This document shows, piece by piece, positions 23,976 through 38,275 of a DNA stretch of 64,000 nt; the stretch's first letter is position 1, and each line of letters opens with the position of its first letter. The position numbers and the translations under genes were made by a program. The stretch is taken from positions 66,278,001-66,342,000 of the forward strand of contig OX597828.1 of the NCBI GenBank assembly GCA_951406725.2, given 5' to 3'. Source of the stretch: Octopus vulgaris (lineage: Eukaryota). The notes under the pieces are model-generated. The model was not told the DNA's origin and made no database searches. It saw only the letters and a program-made list of their open reading frames with translations.

Positions 23976-26303
23976 ATTTCCCTATTGCTTATATATCCAT
24001 AAACATCTACATAATTGTGCATCTTTACCATCATTCTTTCCATCTGACATATCCAATCACCAACAGATGTGTTCACCAATGTTCTTATTCCATTTGTTTG
24101 CTTCACCAATTTGATTACCTTACTATTTTCTCTAGTTTCTTATAATCCTTTGAGAAGTTAAAATGTTTTATAAATAATTGCTAGACGAAACAATAATAAA
24201 CAGTTTTGTTTTTCAAAATTTTTCCATTTTAGCAGCAAGTTATTGAAATATGTAGACAGTACAAATTCTCTTTGGTATGCTATTATATTGACTGAGATAT
24301 TGGTTTATGAAAAATGAAATCTGTTGTAGAAAAAGCAAAGCAAAATATCAAATATAAAATGTTCACACACAGAATAAATACACAGACACACACAGTCTCT
24401 TAAAGTTATTGCTAACTATAATAGCATAAGCTATTGCTGTCTATACTATGCTGTCATAAGCATAAATGTGAACCTCGTATGTAGAGAATAAATCTTTCTA
24501 TTTTCAGTTATTCAAATTTTGATTGATATTAGATGAAATATCAAGGTGGTGAGCTGGCAGAATCATTAGCATGCCAGGCAAAATGTTTAGAAGCATATCA
24601 TTTGTCTTTACATTCTGAGTTCAAACTCTGTTAAGGTTGAATTTGCCTTTCATCTTTTTGGGGTCAATAAAATACGTACTAGGTGAATGCTGGGGTCGAT
24701 GTAATTAACTTATTCCTTACCCTGAACTGTGCCAAAATTCGAAATCAATTTATGGTGAAATATTTTTTCTGATTATATAATTATATTAGTGTGGCTATAC
24801 ATCTTCTTCATCATCATAGTTTAACGTCCGCTTTCCATGCTAGCATGGGTTGGACGATTTTGACTGAGGGCTGGTGAACTAGATGGCTGCACCAGGCCCC
24901 AATCTTGATCTGGCAGTGTTTCTACAGCTGGATGCCCTTCCTAACGCCAACCACTCCAAGAGTGTAGTGGGTGCTTTTTACGTGCCACCGGCACAGGGTC
25001 CAGTCAGGCAGTACTGGCAATGACCTCGCTCGAATCGTCTTACACATGCCACTGGCACAGGTGCCAGTAAGGCGACGTTGGTAATGATCACGCTCGAAAG
25101 GTGCCCTTTTACGTGCCACCAGCACAGAAGCCAGTTGGCTATGCGTTATCGTGTTTGTAATGTCTTTACAGAAAAATGAATAAATCAATATTATTATTTG
25201 ATATGCTTATATTATGTGCATATGTGTGAGTGTGTGTGTTGTGCCACACAGTAGTATCTGTTGATTATTATTTCCATTATGGACACAGTAGGTCTGAATG
25301 GCCGCAAAGTTCATCTCGCAATCATAAGGTTCTGGGATTGGTCCCACAAGCATAGCTTCTTTTACCACAACTTCAGGTTGATCTAACCTCAATGATTGAA
25401 ATTAGGTTGAAGAAAACTATGCAGAAACCTATCAGAGGGATTGTACTTAATCACACAATGTGTCATTCTAATTCTGCATAGACATAAGAACTATTAATAT
25501 GGGACACATGTCAGTGGAATGCACAACCACTAGTGGAGGCACAATGGCCCAATGGTTAGGGCAGCGGACTCACGATCAGAAGATCACGGTTTCGATTCCC
25601 AGGCTGGACGTTGTGTGTGTTTATTGAGCGAAAACACCTAAAGCTCCACGAGGCTCTGGCAGGGGGTGGTGACGACCCCTGTTGTACTCTTTCGCTCCAA
25701 CTTTCTCTCACTCTTTTTTCCTGTTTCTTGTCCCCGACTTCCTACGCAACCGCTGACCCTGGATGTGCATTCAGCCATCCGTCGATGCTCTCGGTGTCGG
25801 GGGTTGACCTGCCTTCTCTTCTGCGGGTCTTACGAATAGCAAAGGACCACGTTTCGGACTTCTCCCACTACAGGACAAAGACCGCTTCGCTCAACAGTAA
25901 CAGCAACAGCAACACAACCACTGATACACTCATATGAAGCAAGAAGTTCAAATGACTGATTGCTCATCGATGAAATTAATATAGATCCATTAACTTATTG
26001 ATTTTTACTGTATGGTTACGTGATAATGCTCTGTTATGTCTTGTCTTATTGATCACTACAATAATAGTAATATTAGCTCCTAAAATGGCCACAAGGTCTA
26101 AAATTTAGTATGAAGTGGGAGATGGGGTGGGTAAGCTGATTATCATTCCTTCTGAACACAAAATGGTACATCATTTTATTGACCCTGGAAGGATGAAAGG
26201 CAAAGCTGACCTCAGTGGGACTTAAAATCAGAATGTTAAGCGCTTGAATAAATACTGCCAGACATTCTGTCCGATGCCTTGATGTCTCTATCAATCCATT
26301 GTC

Positions 26304-26352
<49 letters not shown>

Positions 26353-26972
26353 CAACAATTATAATGATGATGATGATGATGACAAAAATGATGGTTTCAA
26401 GTTTTGGCACAAGGCCAGCAAGTTTGGGTGAGTGGGTGAGTTGATTACATCAACTCCAGTGTTCCACTGGTACTTATTTTATCAACCCCGAATGGATGAA
26501 AGACACAGTTGGCCTTCGCTGAATTTGAACTCAGGAGGAGGGGATTAAGTTGATTACACCGATCCCAGTGCATAACTGGTACTTATTTAATTGACCCCCA
26601 AAAGGATGAAAAGCAAATTCAATCTCAGCAGTATTTGAACTCAGAATGTAAAGATGGACAAAATGCTACAAAGCATTTTGGCTGGTGTGCTAATGATTCT
26701 GCCAGCTCACCACCTTAGTAATAATGATAATAATCCTTTCTACTAAAGGCACAAGGTTTGAAATTTTGTGGGAGGGGCTAGTTGATTATATTGACCGTAG
26801 TACATAACTAATACTTTCTTCATCGACTTCAAAAGGATAAAAAGCAAAGCTGACCTCAGCAGATAGAACTTGAACTTAGAATGTAAAGATGGACAAAACG
26901 CTGCTAAGCATTTTGTTGATGTGCTAACAATTTTGCCAGCTCAATGCCTTAATAATGACAATAATAATAATA

Positions 26973-27020
<48 letters not shown>

Positions 27021-27661
27021 GAGCAAAGGGATTATATGTCTATGTAACTTTTACTCAACCAAAGTTGTTTTAAAAGTCTAGAATAAGTATAAAAATCTTT
27101 GAAATTCCAATATATTTTCATGAAGATGTGGCTTTAATCATCATGTTTTATTTACTGCTATTAACTACACAGCCATTAACAGAATGAATTTTAATTCACT
27201 ACAAGTTTCCATCTTTGAATTGATTATTCCTGGCGCAATTCAACATGTGGTTCTTGCAGTCACAAAGAATGCATCTAGAGATAATCCTTTTTTGCAATAT
27301 TCATCTACTTAAGTTATGCATATTAATTATGTATGTAATTTTATCAATAATATATACTGATCTTAGTTATTAATTATAAAATTTATTGGAATTCTTCATG
27401 TTTATAAATTTGTTGTCTTTGCGCTGCTTTTCCTTAATGCCTTTGCTAACAAATCTACAAGTCATTAATAACTACTTTAGCACATAAATCAGAATTTCAA
27501 ATATATTGATAAACAGTCAGAAATAAAATATGTATTGATCTTATGGACTTTTTCAGTTATTTTTTCAAGTTTGGGAGAGTAACTGTACATATTACACATG
27601 CAACTTTATTGATAACATTCTCTGATCTTACTATCAGTTATAGAATTTATTATAAGAATAA

Positions 27662-27711
<50 letters not shown>

Positions 27712-27887
27712 TCGTTAGCCACTACACACATTTTTTTTGTCTCCTTGTTTTTTTCCTGTGTCCCTTTCTGTAGAAGAGCGTAGGCTCGAAACGTAAAAGA
27801 CTTGTTCAATTCCTGAGAATTATACTAATACATCTATTTGTTTTGTACACCACCTGTCTTCGTCTTTTGTTTTTTTTCGTAAACTCT

Positions 27888-27929
<42 letters not shown>

Positions 27930-27931
<2 letters not shown>

Positions 27932-28530
27932 TGTTGTGTCTGGGGAGAATCATTCTCTTTTAGTGCCTTATAATTTAACACACTCACCGGAAAAAATTTC
28001 CACTTATTTCCTTTTTTATTTTTCTAAAATTTTCGTTGCGTCTTGCAACATTTTCAATAGTTGTTGATTCTCTACAACTATTGAAAAGGTTGCTTGAAAC
28101 GATCATACTGCATTACCTCTGGATATCCTTGTTGCTAATTTTGATTTTAATCACCTTATTTTGAAATTGTATGGATAATACTGTACTACATTCTGGTGCC
28201 TTAACTTAAGTACCTAATTCATCAGAATCTAAATTTTTGCTATGTATATATATATATATACATACATATATATATTATATATATACGTGTGTATATGTAC
28301 GAATATATATATATATAGATTCAGATGAATATGGTACTTAAGTCAAAGGCACCAGAATTTGGTATGGTATTATCCATATAAATCAAATGGGGTGATTATA
28401 ATCAAAATAAGCAACTGAGATATCCAAGGTAGAGTGGTACAATTGTTTCATGCTACTTCATTTGTTTAATAAAATGAAGTAGCATGAAACAATTGTACTA
28501 CTCTACCTTGGATGTACTTGTTGCTTGTTT
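27930..28530. mobile_element. Cluster of inverted Penelope-like terminal repeats in (TA)n
   Basis: Hairpin 28045-28093; inverted pair about 28095-28230 / 28316-28450; hairpin 28425-28512; hammerhead-like motif 28024-28060 (-). Confidence 0.6.
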
Positions 28531-29377
28531 TAAGTATATATATATATATATATAGATAAACATTATCAGTCACACATATGTAGTGTATGTGTTTTGTTTA
28601 TACACCAAATTTGTCGTGGGATAGCGTCCAAAGCTCCATACATGAAGCTGAGTGTTAAAGAACACCAAATGTTCTTTAACACTTGGCGTTATGTCAAGAG
28701 CTTTCCTTGGGTGCTATGTGTTGTCCAGAACACATACAACATCTCCTTTAAGATGGGCGTGATTTGGGGAAAATTTGGTTGCTATTAATATTAGGTCAAG
28801 CAATCAGATTAGCAGCTCCAATGTTAGTTTGTGCTTTGTTACCATTGAATATAACCTATGACCAAAATATTCCAGCAACAATAATCTAAATTAATTTTTT
28901 CTGATGTCCCAAACTACAAATCCAGTTTATTTGTTTAGATGGTAGGGATTAATTTGAGGGAAATTTGGTTGTTATCTATTGCAGGTTGAATTACTGCTTC
29001 GAGGCTCTCTCAGTGGCTGTGTTTGTTGTTGTTGATGTGTTAAGTCTATCACTGAATTGAGTGCTTGTCTAATTTAAGGAATGTTAGCTCTCCCCTAAAC
29101 AACATCTGGTCTTTATTTCATGGGAAACATAGAATCATTTTAAAATGTTTAACAGCTGGAATTAATGAATATTTAAGAATGTCTTGATTGTTCTGACAAC
29201 ATTGTATACTTCCACTTCATATAAGATTATAAGTCAGACAATTTATTAATTAGCTGGTTGATCATGTGTTCATAGGTTTACTCAGGCAGAGTTGGTCAGG
29301 ACTGTTGTAATACCTTAAACCCAACAGAGGAAACTTATTGACAACAAATAAATGTAGGATTATGAGAGAGAGAAAGG

Positions 29378-29408
<31 letters not shown>

Positions 29409-29575
29409 TATGAGCAAAATTTGATATATGTAAAACAAGGTGTAGACTGGTGTGTGGTAAGAAGTATGCTTCATACCACATGGTTCCAGGTTCAGCCCCA
29501 CTGTGTGGCAATGTGGGCAAGTGTCTTTAATTATCACCTTGTGAATGGATTTGGTGGATGGAAACTCAAAGAAGC

Positions 29576-29610
<35 letters not shown>

Positions 29611-29613
<3 letters not shown>

Positions 29614-30393
29614 AAGAAAAAGAAAATGGAGATTGGGAAGTGAATAATTGTTTATTATTAACAACAAATTAATCATCATCCCTTACAGCTGTTTCAATTA
29701 ATACTTAGTAAATATTTAATACTAGCAGTATCGCCCGGCGTTGCTCGGGTTTGTAAGGGAAATAACTATAAAGCATTTTTAGAGAGTTATAGCCAAAAAA
29801 TAGCAAAAAAATGGGGAAAAAAATGATGGTGAATTTTTTTTTGATAGTGAAAAAGGTCGAGTTGCGTCCCCTAGACCATCTGTGGTTTGTGTTTCTGATT
29901 GTCGACCCCATGTCGAATTTATCGATCTTTTTCAGAACTGGGGGAACTTTTCAAAATTTTCGCTGCGTTAGTTTTGAATTATGACATTGGGCTATGTGTG
30001 TGTCAAGTTTCATCAGAATCGGTTGAAAGCCGTGGTCAGGGTGAGGGTACAACCAAACAGACACACAGAAACACACACAGACAAACTGCCGTTTATATAG
30101 AGAGAGATTAAATTTATATGACCTGAGCATAATATCTTCTGAGGGGAAAAAATATACCCTTGGATGTTTTATATTTGTTTATGGATTCATTCTGCTATAA
30201 TGAATCCATAAACACCTATAAAACATCCAAGGGTATATTTTTTCTTTCCAAAGATATTATGCTCAGGTCATATAAATTTAATATTTAATATTTACTAAGT
30301 ATTAATTGAAACAGCTGTAAGGGATGATGATTAATTTGTTGTTAATAATAATCAATTAACTCCTCAATCTCCATTTTCTCTATCTTCTTTTAT
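29611..30393. repeat. Fold-back element (~200-bp arms, centre about 30195), probably inverted Penelope-like termini
   Basis: 29611-29721 plus 30108-30191 is the reverse complement of about 30199-30393. Flanked by (TA)n. Confidence 0.85.
29722..30107 (-). mobile_element. Non-autonomous Helitron
   Basis: 5' TC; 3' CCCGAGCAACGCCGGG hairpin then CTAG; inserted at A|T with no TSD. Confidence 0.9.
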
Positions 30394-30528
30394 ATGAATA
30401 TAAACTATATGTTTTTATATATATATACCTATTATTTTAAGGAAATCAATTCCACCAAAATACTAGGTATTGAACCAGTATTTCCTTGGATGAAACCATC
30501 CCTTCATGAGGTTAACACAACCTCTAAT

Positions 30529-30572
<44 letters not shown>

Positions 30573-31085
30573 TTACAGAAGACAGGTGTATAAACAACAA
30601 GCAGGTGTATTAGTCTGACACTCAGGAAGGTGAGAAAGTCTTTTATGTTTCGAGCCTATGCTCTTCAACAGAAAGGAACATAAGAAAATAAACAGAGAGA
30701 GAATAAAAAGACTTGTGGAGTTAGCGGTCAATAATGATATATCATCATCATCATCATTTAAACTCTTTTTTCCATGTTAGCATGGGCCAGACAGTTTGAC
30801 TGGAGGTGGTGAGGGCAGGGACTGCACTAGGCTGCATTGTCTGTTCTGGCATGGTTTCTATGGCTGGATGCCCCTTCTAATGTCAACCACTCCATAGAGC
30901 GGCACCTGCATCAGTGCTTTTTATGTGGCACCAGCACTGATATCAATTCTGCAGTGGCAGGTGGATTTTCTTGAGTGCAACAGTGCACCAGATATCTTGG
31001 TCCTTAGTCATCTCCTTCATTAAACTTAGTGTCTTGAGATCAGCCTTCAATACTTCATCTCATGTCTTCTTGTGTCTCCCTCTTC

Positions 31086-31086
31086 C

Positions 31087-31149
<63 letters not shown>

Positions 31150-31188
31150 CATACATACATACATATACATACATATATACATACATAC

Positions 31189-31275
<87 letters not shown>

Positions 31276-31613
31276 CTCAGTGGTTAGAGCGTCAAGCTTA
31301 CGAACGTAAGGTTGTGAGCTCGAATCCCGGCCCGGGCTGCGTGTTGTGTTCCTGAGCAAGGCACTTTATTTCACGTTGCTCCAGTTCACTCAGCTGTAGA
31401 AATGAGTTGCGACGTCACTGGTGCCAAGCTGTATCGACCTTTGTCTTTCCCTTGGATAACACTGGTGGCGTGGAGAGTGGAGGCTGGTATGCATGGGCGA
31501 CTGCTGGTCTTCCATAAACAAACTTGCCCGGACCTGTGTCTAGGAGGGTAACTTTCTAGGTGCAATCCCATGGTCATTCATGACCGAAGGGGGTCTTTAC
31601 CCCTTATATATAT

Positions 31614-31694
<81 letters not shown>

Positions 31695-31840
31695 CAGATA
31701 TATATATATACATACATATATATATATACATACACACATATATATATATACATACATATATACATACATACATATATATATATACATACAGATATATATA
31801 TATACATACATATATACATACATATATATATACATATATA

Positions 31841-31918
<78 letters not shown>

Positions 31919-31933
31919 TATATATATATATAT
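31086..31933. repeat. Compound (TA)/(CA)/(TACA) microsatellite hosting a SINE
   Basis: Simple repeat visible directly. Confidence 0.95.
31272..31603 (+). mobile_element. tRNA-derived SINE family 3
   Basis: A box TGGCTCAGTGG, B box GCTCGAATCC, central GTGTTCCTGAGCAAGGCACTT domain. Inserted in (TA)n. Confidence 0.85.
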
Positions 31934-34900
31934 AGGGAGCTCCTGTGTGCTCCATTAACTTTCTAAACTTAGTAAACAAATCCGTCTCCAAATCACACCC
32001 AACTACCTTAAAAAAGAACACATATAGAATGATGTTGTTACTAATTAGGTTATTTCTGGCCGAAGCTTGAATACCTTTGATCATAGATCCTGCCTTGTTT
32101 GAGTCTGGCCTGGGGTTAAATGAAAGCAGCGGTAACTACTGAATAATTCTTTAAAAAGACAACAAACAATATTAACAGCAGGAAAAGGAATTGCGTGAAC
32201 AAGGAATTGAGTAACAACCATAACAACAACAGCAGCAGCAACATCCCCGACTTCCTACGCGACCGCTGAGCCTGGATGCGCATTCATCCATCCGTCGATG
32301 CTCTCGGTGTCGGGGGGTTGATCTGCTTTCTCTTCTGCGGGTCTTACGAATAGCAAAGGACCATGTTTCGGACTTCTCCCACTCTGGGACGAAGACCGCT
32401 TCGCTCAACAAACAAACAAACAAGGCAGCAGCAGCAGCAACAACAACAACAAGGAATATACACGCAAACCTGAACAGCTGCAAATGAAATCATTACAACA
32501 ACAACAATATCATAGAAACAAGTTATGCAACAACAATATTGCATAACAGTATGGTAAGTGAGCTGGCAGAATAATTTGCATGCTGGGCAAAATACTTAAG
32601 TGTTATTTTGTCCGTCATTATGTTCTGAGTTCAAATTCTGCTGAGGTCACCTTTAGCTTTCATCCTTTCAAGGTCAATAAAATAAATAACAGTAGAACGT
32701 TGGGATCGATGTGATCAACTTATCTCCCCCCCAAAAAAAATTGCTGGCCTTGTGGCAAACTTTGAAATATTTATATTTGACTACCACAACAATAACATAA
32801 TAATAATAATAATAATAATAACAACAATATCAACAAATAATTTTAACAAAAATAACCATTGCAAACAAAACCATCAACAATGAAAATACCATCAGTAGCA
32901 ACAACAATAACAATCACAATAACAACAAATGAAAATTAAAAAAAAAGAACATTACTAATAAAAACAAATTCCAGGTTTAGAAAATCTAAATGTAGCTTAA
33001 ATAAAGACTGAATCAAATATTACAAATAATAGTTATTTCTGTATCAGATCTTACCGCTGGAATCCAAAACAATTTTGATGAACTCATTCCTAATGTAGGA
33101 CCAAAGCAGCTAGAATGTGTTTGGGAATCCTTAAACCATGCAAAAGTTTTCCATTTGAAAGAGCAGCCATGTTAGAGATCATTTATATAAAAAAATTTAA
33201 TAATTTTTTTTACAGTATGGGACACAGCTTTGAGTGTCTGATAGTTTAATCTTGTATATATGGATGTCAAATTTATATTAAGTGGAATGGATCTTTATAT
33301 TTCTTCTGGTCTATGTGAGATGCTTGACTCTGCTGATTCATAATATTTTCTTATATTGATCGAAATCCATATGTAGATTATTATGGTTTTGTTCTGTGGC
33401 CTAATTGCTCCTAATGGATGGCCTTAGAGGCAATTAGCAATGGGTGGAAGATAAATCTAAAGGCTCAGACTTCAGTTACATAAGAAAATGCCAGGAACAA
33501 ACAAGTAACATGCTCTGGTAGATTATGGAATTCTCTAGAGTTCTGTATTGTTTATGGATGGGCGGTTACAAGCATCGATGTTTGACTCACAATTTAACAC
33601 AAACTGACAGGTATTAAGTAAACTATACATCAATAACGTTTACATTGACATCATGATGATGATGATGATGATGAGAATGACCTAATAGAAATATCTGTTT
33701 TTGTAAAGCCAATCCTTTTCTGTGTCCAGACTTGTATAATTATTGCCACATGCATAGGAAAAAATAAAGCAATAGAATGTCACACCCAGATTTATTTTAT
33801 TCTAGTTGTGTGTTGTGTGTGAATGTCACCAATAAGCTTCCCTGTTTCACAATTGATTCACTACTTACATAAACACAACATTCTTGTGATTCAAGTTCTT
33901 TTTTGTAATTGTTAAAAGGTGGATGGCTGAATTGTTTGTGCTGTGTGAAGTGTTTAGCAACAATTCTATATTCTGTTTCAAATCCTGACAAAGTCAACCT
34001 TAATTTCCATCCTTTAGGGATTGATAAAAATCAATACTGAGGCAGATTTTATCAAATATGGTCCTCCTCCTCAAAATGTTGGCCCCAGTTGGAAGTTATT
34101 TTATAAAAACAGTTCAAGCTGATCTGACTGTAATAATGTTCAACACAATCTATTTGAGTGTATGATTATAGCGATCATTGACTAACACTCCCACTAGGTG
34201 GACATTACAAAGTTGTCTACTACTACTACTACTACTACTATTACTACTACTACCACCACCACCACCACCACTACTATGACAACAGTACCACCACCATGAC
34301 GACGACGACAACCACCACCACTATTACCACTACTATTACCACCGCCGCTGCCACCACTACCACCACCACCACCACCATGACACCATGACAATGACGACAC
34401 AACAACGATGATGATAACGATGACGACGACGACCACCACCACCACTCCAATTAATACCAACCAAATTTTCACAATTTCTGTCTTATGCACTATACATTTA
34501 TATAACATAACGTAGTGTCATTTTAAAATAGTTACTATTATACACTATAATAATTTCCAAATTCAACACATTTTAGTAGCTCTATAAATAAAGTCACCCT
34601 TTTTCAATACAAAAACTTAATTCGATTTAGACTTGTGCATTTTAAAACTGATTAAACAAGAATCATTTTGAAATTTTGTATTAAGCTTTAGTGATCAAAT
34701 CTTTCTTAACCAGTCATGGTTGGCTAATTGCAAAATTTGTAAGCATAAAGTATTTCGGTGTTTTTGTATAAAAGTAAAGGTACAATTAAAAAAAAATGAA
34801 AATCTATACTAACACTGTCTTTCTGAGTCAATCATTTTCAAAGCCTGCTGTTGTTGTTATTGAATTGCTTCACAGGCAGCCAATCAAACAGATGATATAA

Positions 34901-35137
34901 TTGATAATAAGTCCCTTATATGCCCAGATTATAGAGATATAAAATGTACTTCTTATCATTCTGGGTCAAATTTCATTGTTAGCTTCACGTTTATAACTAC
35001 TTCACAATGAAGGAAATTAAGTGGTTTGAGTTAGGTCAGGCAAAGCTTTTAGCTTATTGGAAGAAGTTTTAGCTTGAACAATTGATGCAGATATTTCAGT
35101 TGGAATACAATTCTGCCAACTAGCTGCCTTAGAAGTA

Positions 35138-36296
35138 CAGTGACCCCTCGTTTATCACGGTAGATTGGTTCCGAGACCAGCCGCAATAACTGAATTTCAG
35201 CGAAGTAGGGACACCATATTTACAGTACTTATTTAACGTGTATTTGGACTTTTAAAACCCTCCCTGTACTGTTAACAACCCACCCATTACAGTAGTCTAT
35301 TAATAACAAGGACAACTGTTAAGCAATAACACTTTAGATTGAAAAAAATAAAGATTGTTACTGAACTCAACACGAAAGAAGTTGAAGTAAAATTTGAATG
35401 ATGATGGTGATGAATTTGCTGCACAGTAGAAATGATGATGGTGAAGTTGATGGCAGTGCCCTTTCTTGGGACACCTCTTCCACTTCTTCCGAAGGTGCAG
35501 CCGTAGTAGTAGCAGCAGGAACTGGCTCTTTTTTGCGAGGCTGCAAAAACATTGTGATAGGAAGTTGGTGCCGCTGCTTCTTTTTCCGTTCAAAGAGCAT
35601 CTTGTAGGGATTCATGACTTCGTTGACCTTGTTGCAAAATTGCACAGAACAAACCATATCGTTGTCCCATTGCTGTGACCCTTCTTTCAATTCTTTAGCC
35701 AGGTTGCAGAGCTTGGCCAGCCGTTCCTAAGTCAAGCCAGTTTGGTCAACAACTTCTTCTGTTTCTTGCTGCGTTTCTTCTTCTTCTTTGGATTTAATGA
35801 AAAATTTTAGGTGTTCATATATCATCATCATCATCATCATCATCATCGTTTAATGTCCGTTTTTCCATGCTAGCATGGCTTGGACGGTTCGACCGGGGTC
35901 TGGGAAGCCAGAAGGCTGCACTAGGCTCCAGTCTGATCTGGCAGTGTTCCTACAGCTGGATGCCCTTCCTAACACCAACCACTCTGTGAGTGTAGTGGGT
36001 GCTTTCTACGTGCCACCAGCACAGGGGCCAGGTGAAGCTGGCAACGGCCATGATCAGTCGGTGCTTTTTATGTGCCACCGGCACGGAGGCCAGTAGAGGC
36101 GGCACTGGCAACGGCCACGATTGGATGGTGCTTTTTACATACCACCGGCACAGGGATCACAACTACAATTTCCATTGATTTTTGATGTTGATGTACTTGA
36201 CTCAAGAAATCCACGAAGTCGTGAATCCACGAAGTCGTGAATCCACGAAGTCGTGAATCCGCGACAGTTGAACCGCAAGGTAGCGAGGGATCACAG
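35138..36296 (-). mobile_element. Tigger/pogo-like transposon remnant
   Basis: TA-CAGTGACCCCTCG ... CGAGGGATCACAG-TA termini. Tigger-type C-terminus KKKQRHQLPITMF. Contains an RTE 3' end and a triplicated 16-bp AATCCACGAAGTCGTG. Confidence 0.8.
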
Positions 36297-36785
36297 TATA
36301 ACTAATTTATTACAATAATTTTTAACAACTATATCTTATATGGACCCCTGCACCCCAAGAGCCATGTGGGCCCCCTCCATCAAGAAACATTGGTCTCAAG
36401 GATCACTTGTACACACACACACACACACAATTTTATTTTAAGAGTTATTAATGTCTTCTGAATGGAAAGTAGTTGTTGAAAATTATAGGGAAACTCATCA
36501 GGCGGCGACCTGACAGAAATGTTAGCATGCCGGCCAAAATGCTTTGTGGTATTTCATCTGCTGCTACGTTCTGAGTTCAAATTCCGCTAAGGTCGACTTT
36601 GCCTTTCATCTTTTCGGGGTCGATAAATTAAGTACCAGTTATGCACTGGGGTCAATATAATTGACTTAATCCGTTTGTCTGTCCTTGTTTGTCCCCTCTG
36701 TGTTTAGCCCCTTGTGGGTAGTAAAGAAATAGAGAAGCTCATTATGTGTATCTGTACTTTTGTGGGTGTTTGTATGTGTTGTTAT

Positions 36786-37001
36786 GAGAGGGTACTGAAA
36801 AGTTCCTGGCTTTAAGGGTATCGTGTAAGGCCTGGTTGGAGGCCCAACATTCCGAGTTCTTTTACAGGGTTTACAAAAACTGAAGGACCATGGCAATAAG
36901 TGTGTGACTCTGAGAGGTGAAAATGTTGGATAAAAGTCATAATTAACTGATCCTCCTCTATTTTTCTTTTACCCAAAGCCAGGAACTTTTCAGCACCCTC
37001 A
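36786..37001. mobile_element. Mariner-like MITE
   Basis: GAGGGTACTGAAAAGTTCCTGGCTTT / AAAGCCAGGAACTTTTCAGCACCCTC. Confidence 0.75.
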
Positions 37002-37002
37002 T

Positions 37003-38275
37003 TGTGTGGGTTTTTATGCGTGTTTGTGTGTGTATGTGTTTGTTTGTGTGTGTGTGTATTTGTTTGTTTGTGTATGTATGTTTGTTTCTGAGTGTGTGTG
37101 TGCGTGTGTGTTTATATGTGTATTTGTGTGTATGTGTTTGTGCATGTGTCTGTATGCGAGTGTGTGTGTGTGTGTGTGTGCATGTGTGTGTGTTCATGTG
37201 TGTTCTTCTGAGTGTGTGTGTATTTGTATGAATATGTGTTTGTCAGTTTGTGCATGTATGTTTGTGTGAGCGCATTTGTGTATACATGTGTTTGTATTTA
37301 TGTGTGTATTTGTGTGTGTTCATGTGTGCATGTGTGTGTGTGCATGCATGCTTGTGTGAATGCTGTCCTCTATTTTTCCCCTCACAGCCACTCACTCCTA
37401 AGTATTCATAGGAAGCATTAACCACATCAATCTCATTGTCTCAGGAGACCAACTAACACCACAGGTACAACCCCCTTCCCCCACACCAATCCAATATAAA
37501 AATTAACAAAAAAAAAAAAAAAATTAACCATCTCATTTTCTTTATTCTGAGTTCAATAAAGCCTATTGATTACTCTTTTGAAATAAACAAACAAAAAAAC
37601 ACATTAGTGAAAGCAATCCTTTGATTCTCAAAAGTTAGTAATTTCACTTAACCAGACCATATCTGCTTTAGTTTTTCTCTCAAGCATCAACAATAAAGAG
37701 ACATCACACCCAGGGAATGAAAATATTTCATTGAGACGGTTTCCTTTGACAGGTTTCCATGTGTCTCTGTTGAAAACTAAGAACTGACTGACAGTCTGGC
37801 TCTGTTATCAGAATGGCTATTTCTCAAAGGGATATTGACCTATCTTTCACAATTACTCAGAGATCTGATTGTCTGTGATGTGTGTGTGTGTATATATAAT
37901 GTAATTTATGTATGTATGTATGTATGTATGTATGTATGTACGTATGTATGTATGTATGTATGTATGATCATACACATGTATCTATATATGCTTGTACAAA
38001 TGTATGTATGTACATATGTATGTATGTCTGAATGTATGTATGTATGTATGCATATATGTATGTATGCATGCATGCATATATGCATGTATGTATGCATACA
38101 TGTATGTATGCATGCTGCTTACCTGCATGTATATATGTATGTCTGTCTGTTTGTGTCTGATTGTAAGTCTGTCTGTCTGTCTATATGTATGCATGCATGT
38201 ATGTATGTATGTATGTATGTATGTATGTATGTATGTATGTATGTATGTATGTATGTATGTGTGTATATGTATTTG
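37003..38275. repeat. Degenerate (GT)n (37003-37360) and (TATG)n (37907-38275) microsatellites
   Basis: Simple repeats visible directly. Confidence 0.9.

Noticed and set aside
31272-31345. tRNA-like sequences (also at 21000, 25533 and 58154)
   Set aside because: They are SINE heads continuing into repeat bodies, with no proper acceptor stem or terminator.
30971-32084. ORFs rich in YI/HT/CV dipeptides (also at 23, 37-38, 51 and 60-61 kb)
   Set aside because: Translations of microsatellites.
34194-34508. Gly/Val-rich 104-aa ORF resembling a membrane protein
   Set aside because: Derived from (ACT)/(ACC)/(GAC) simple repeats.
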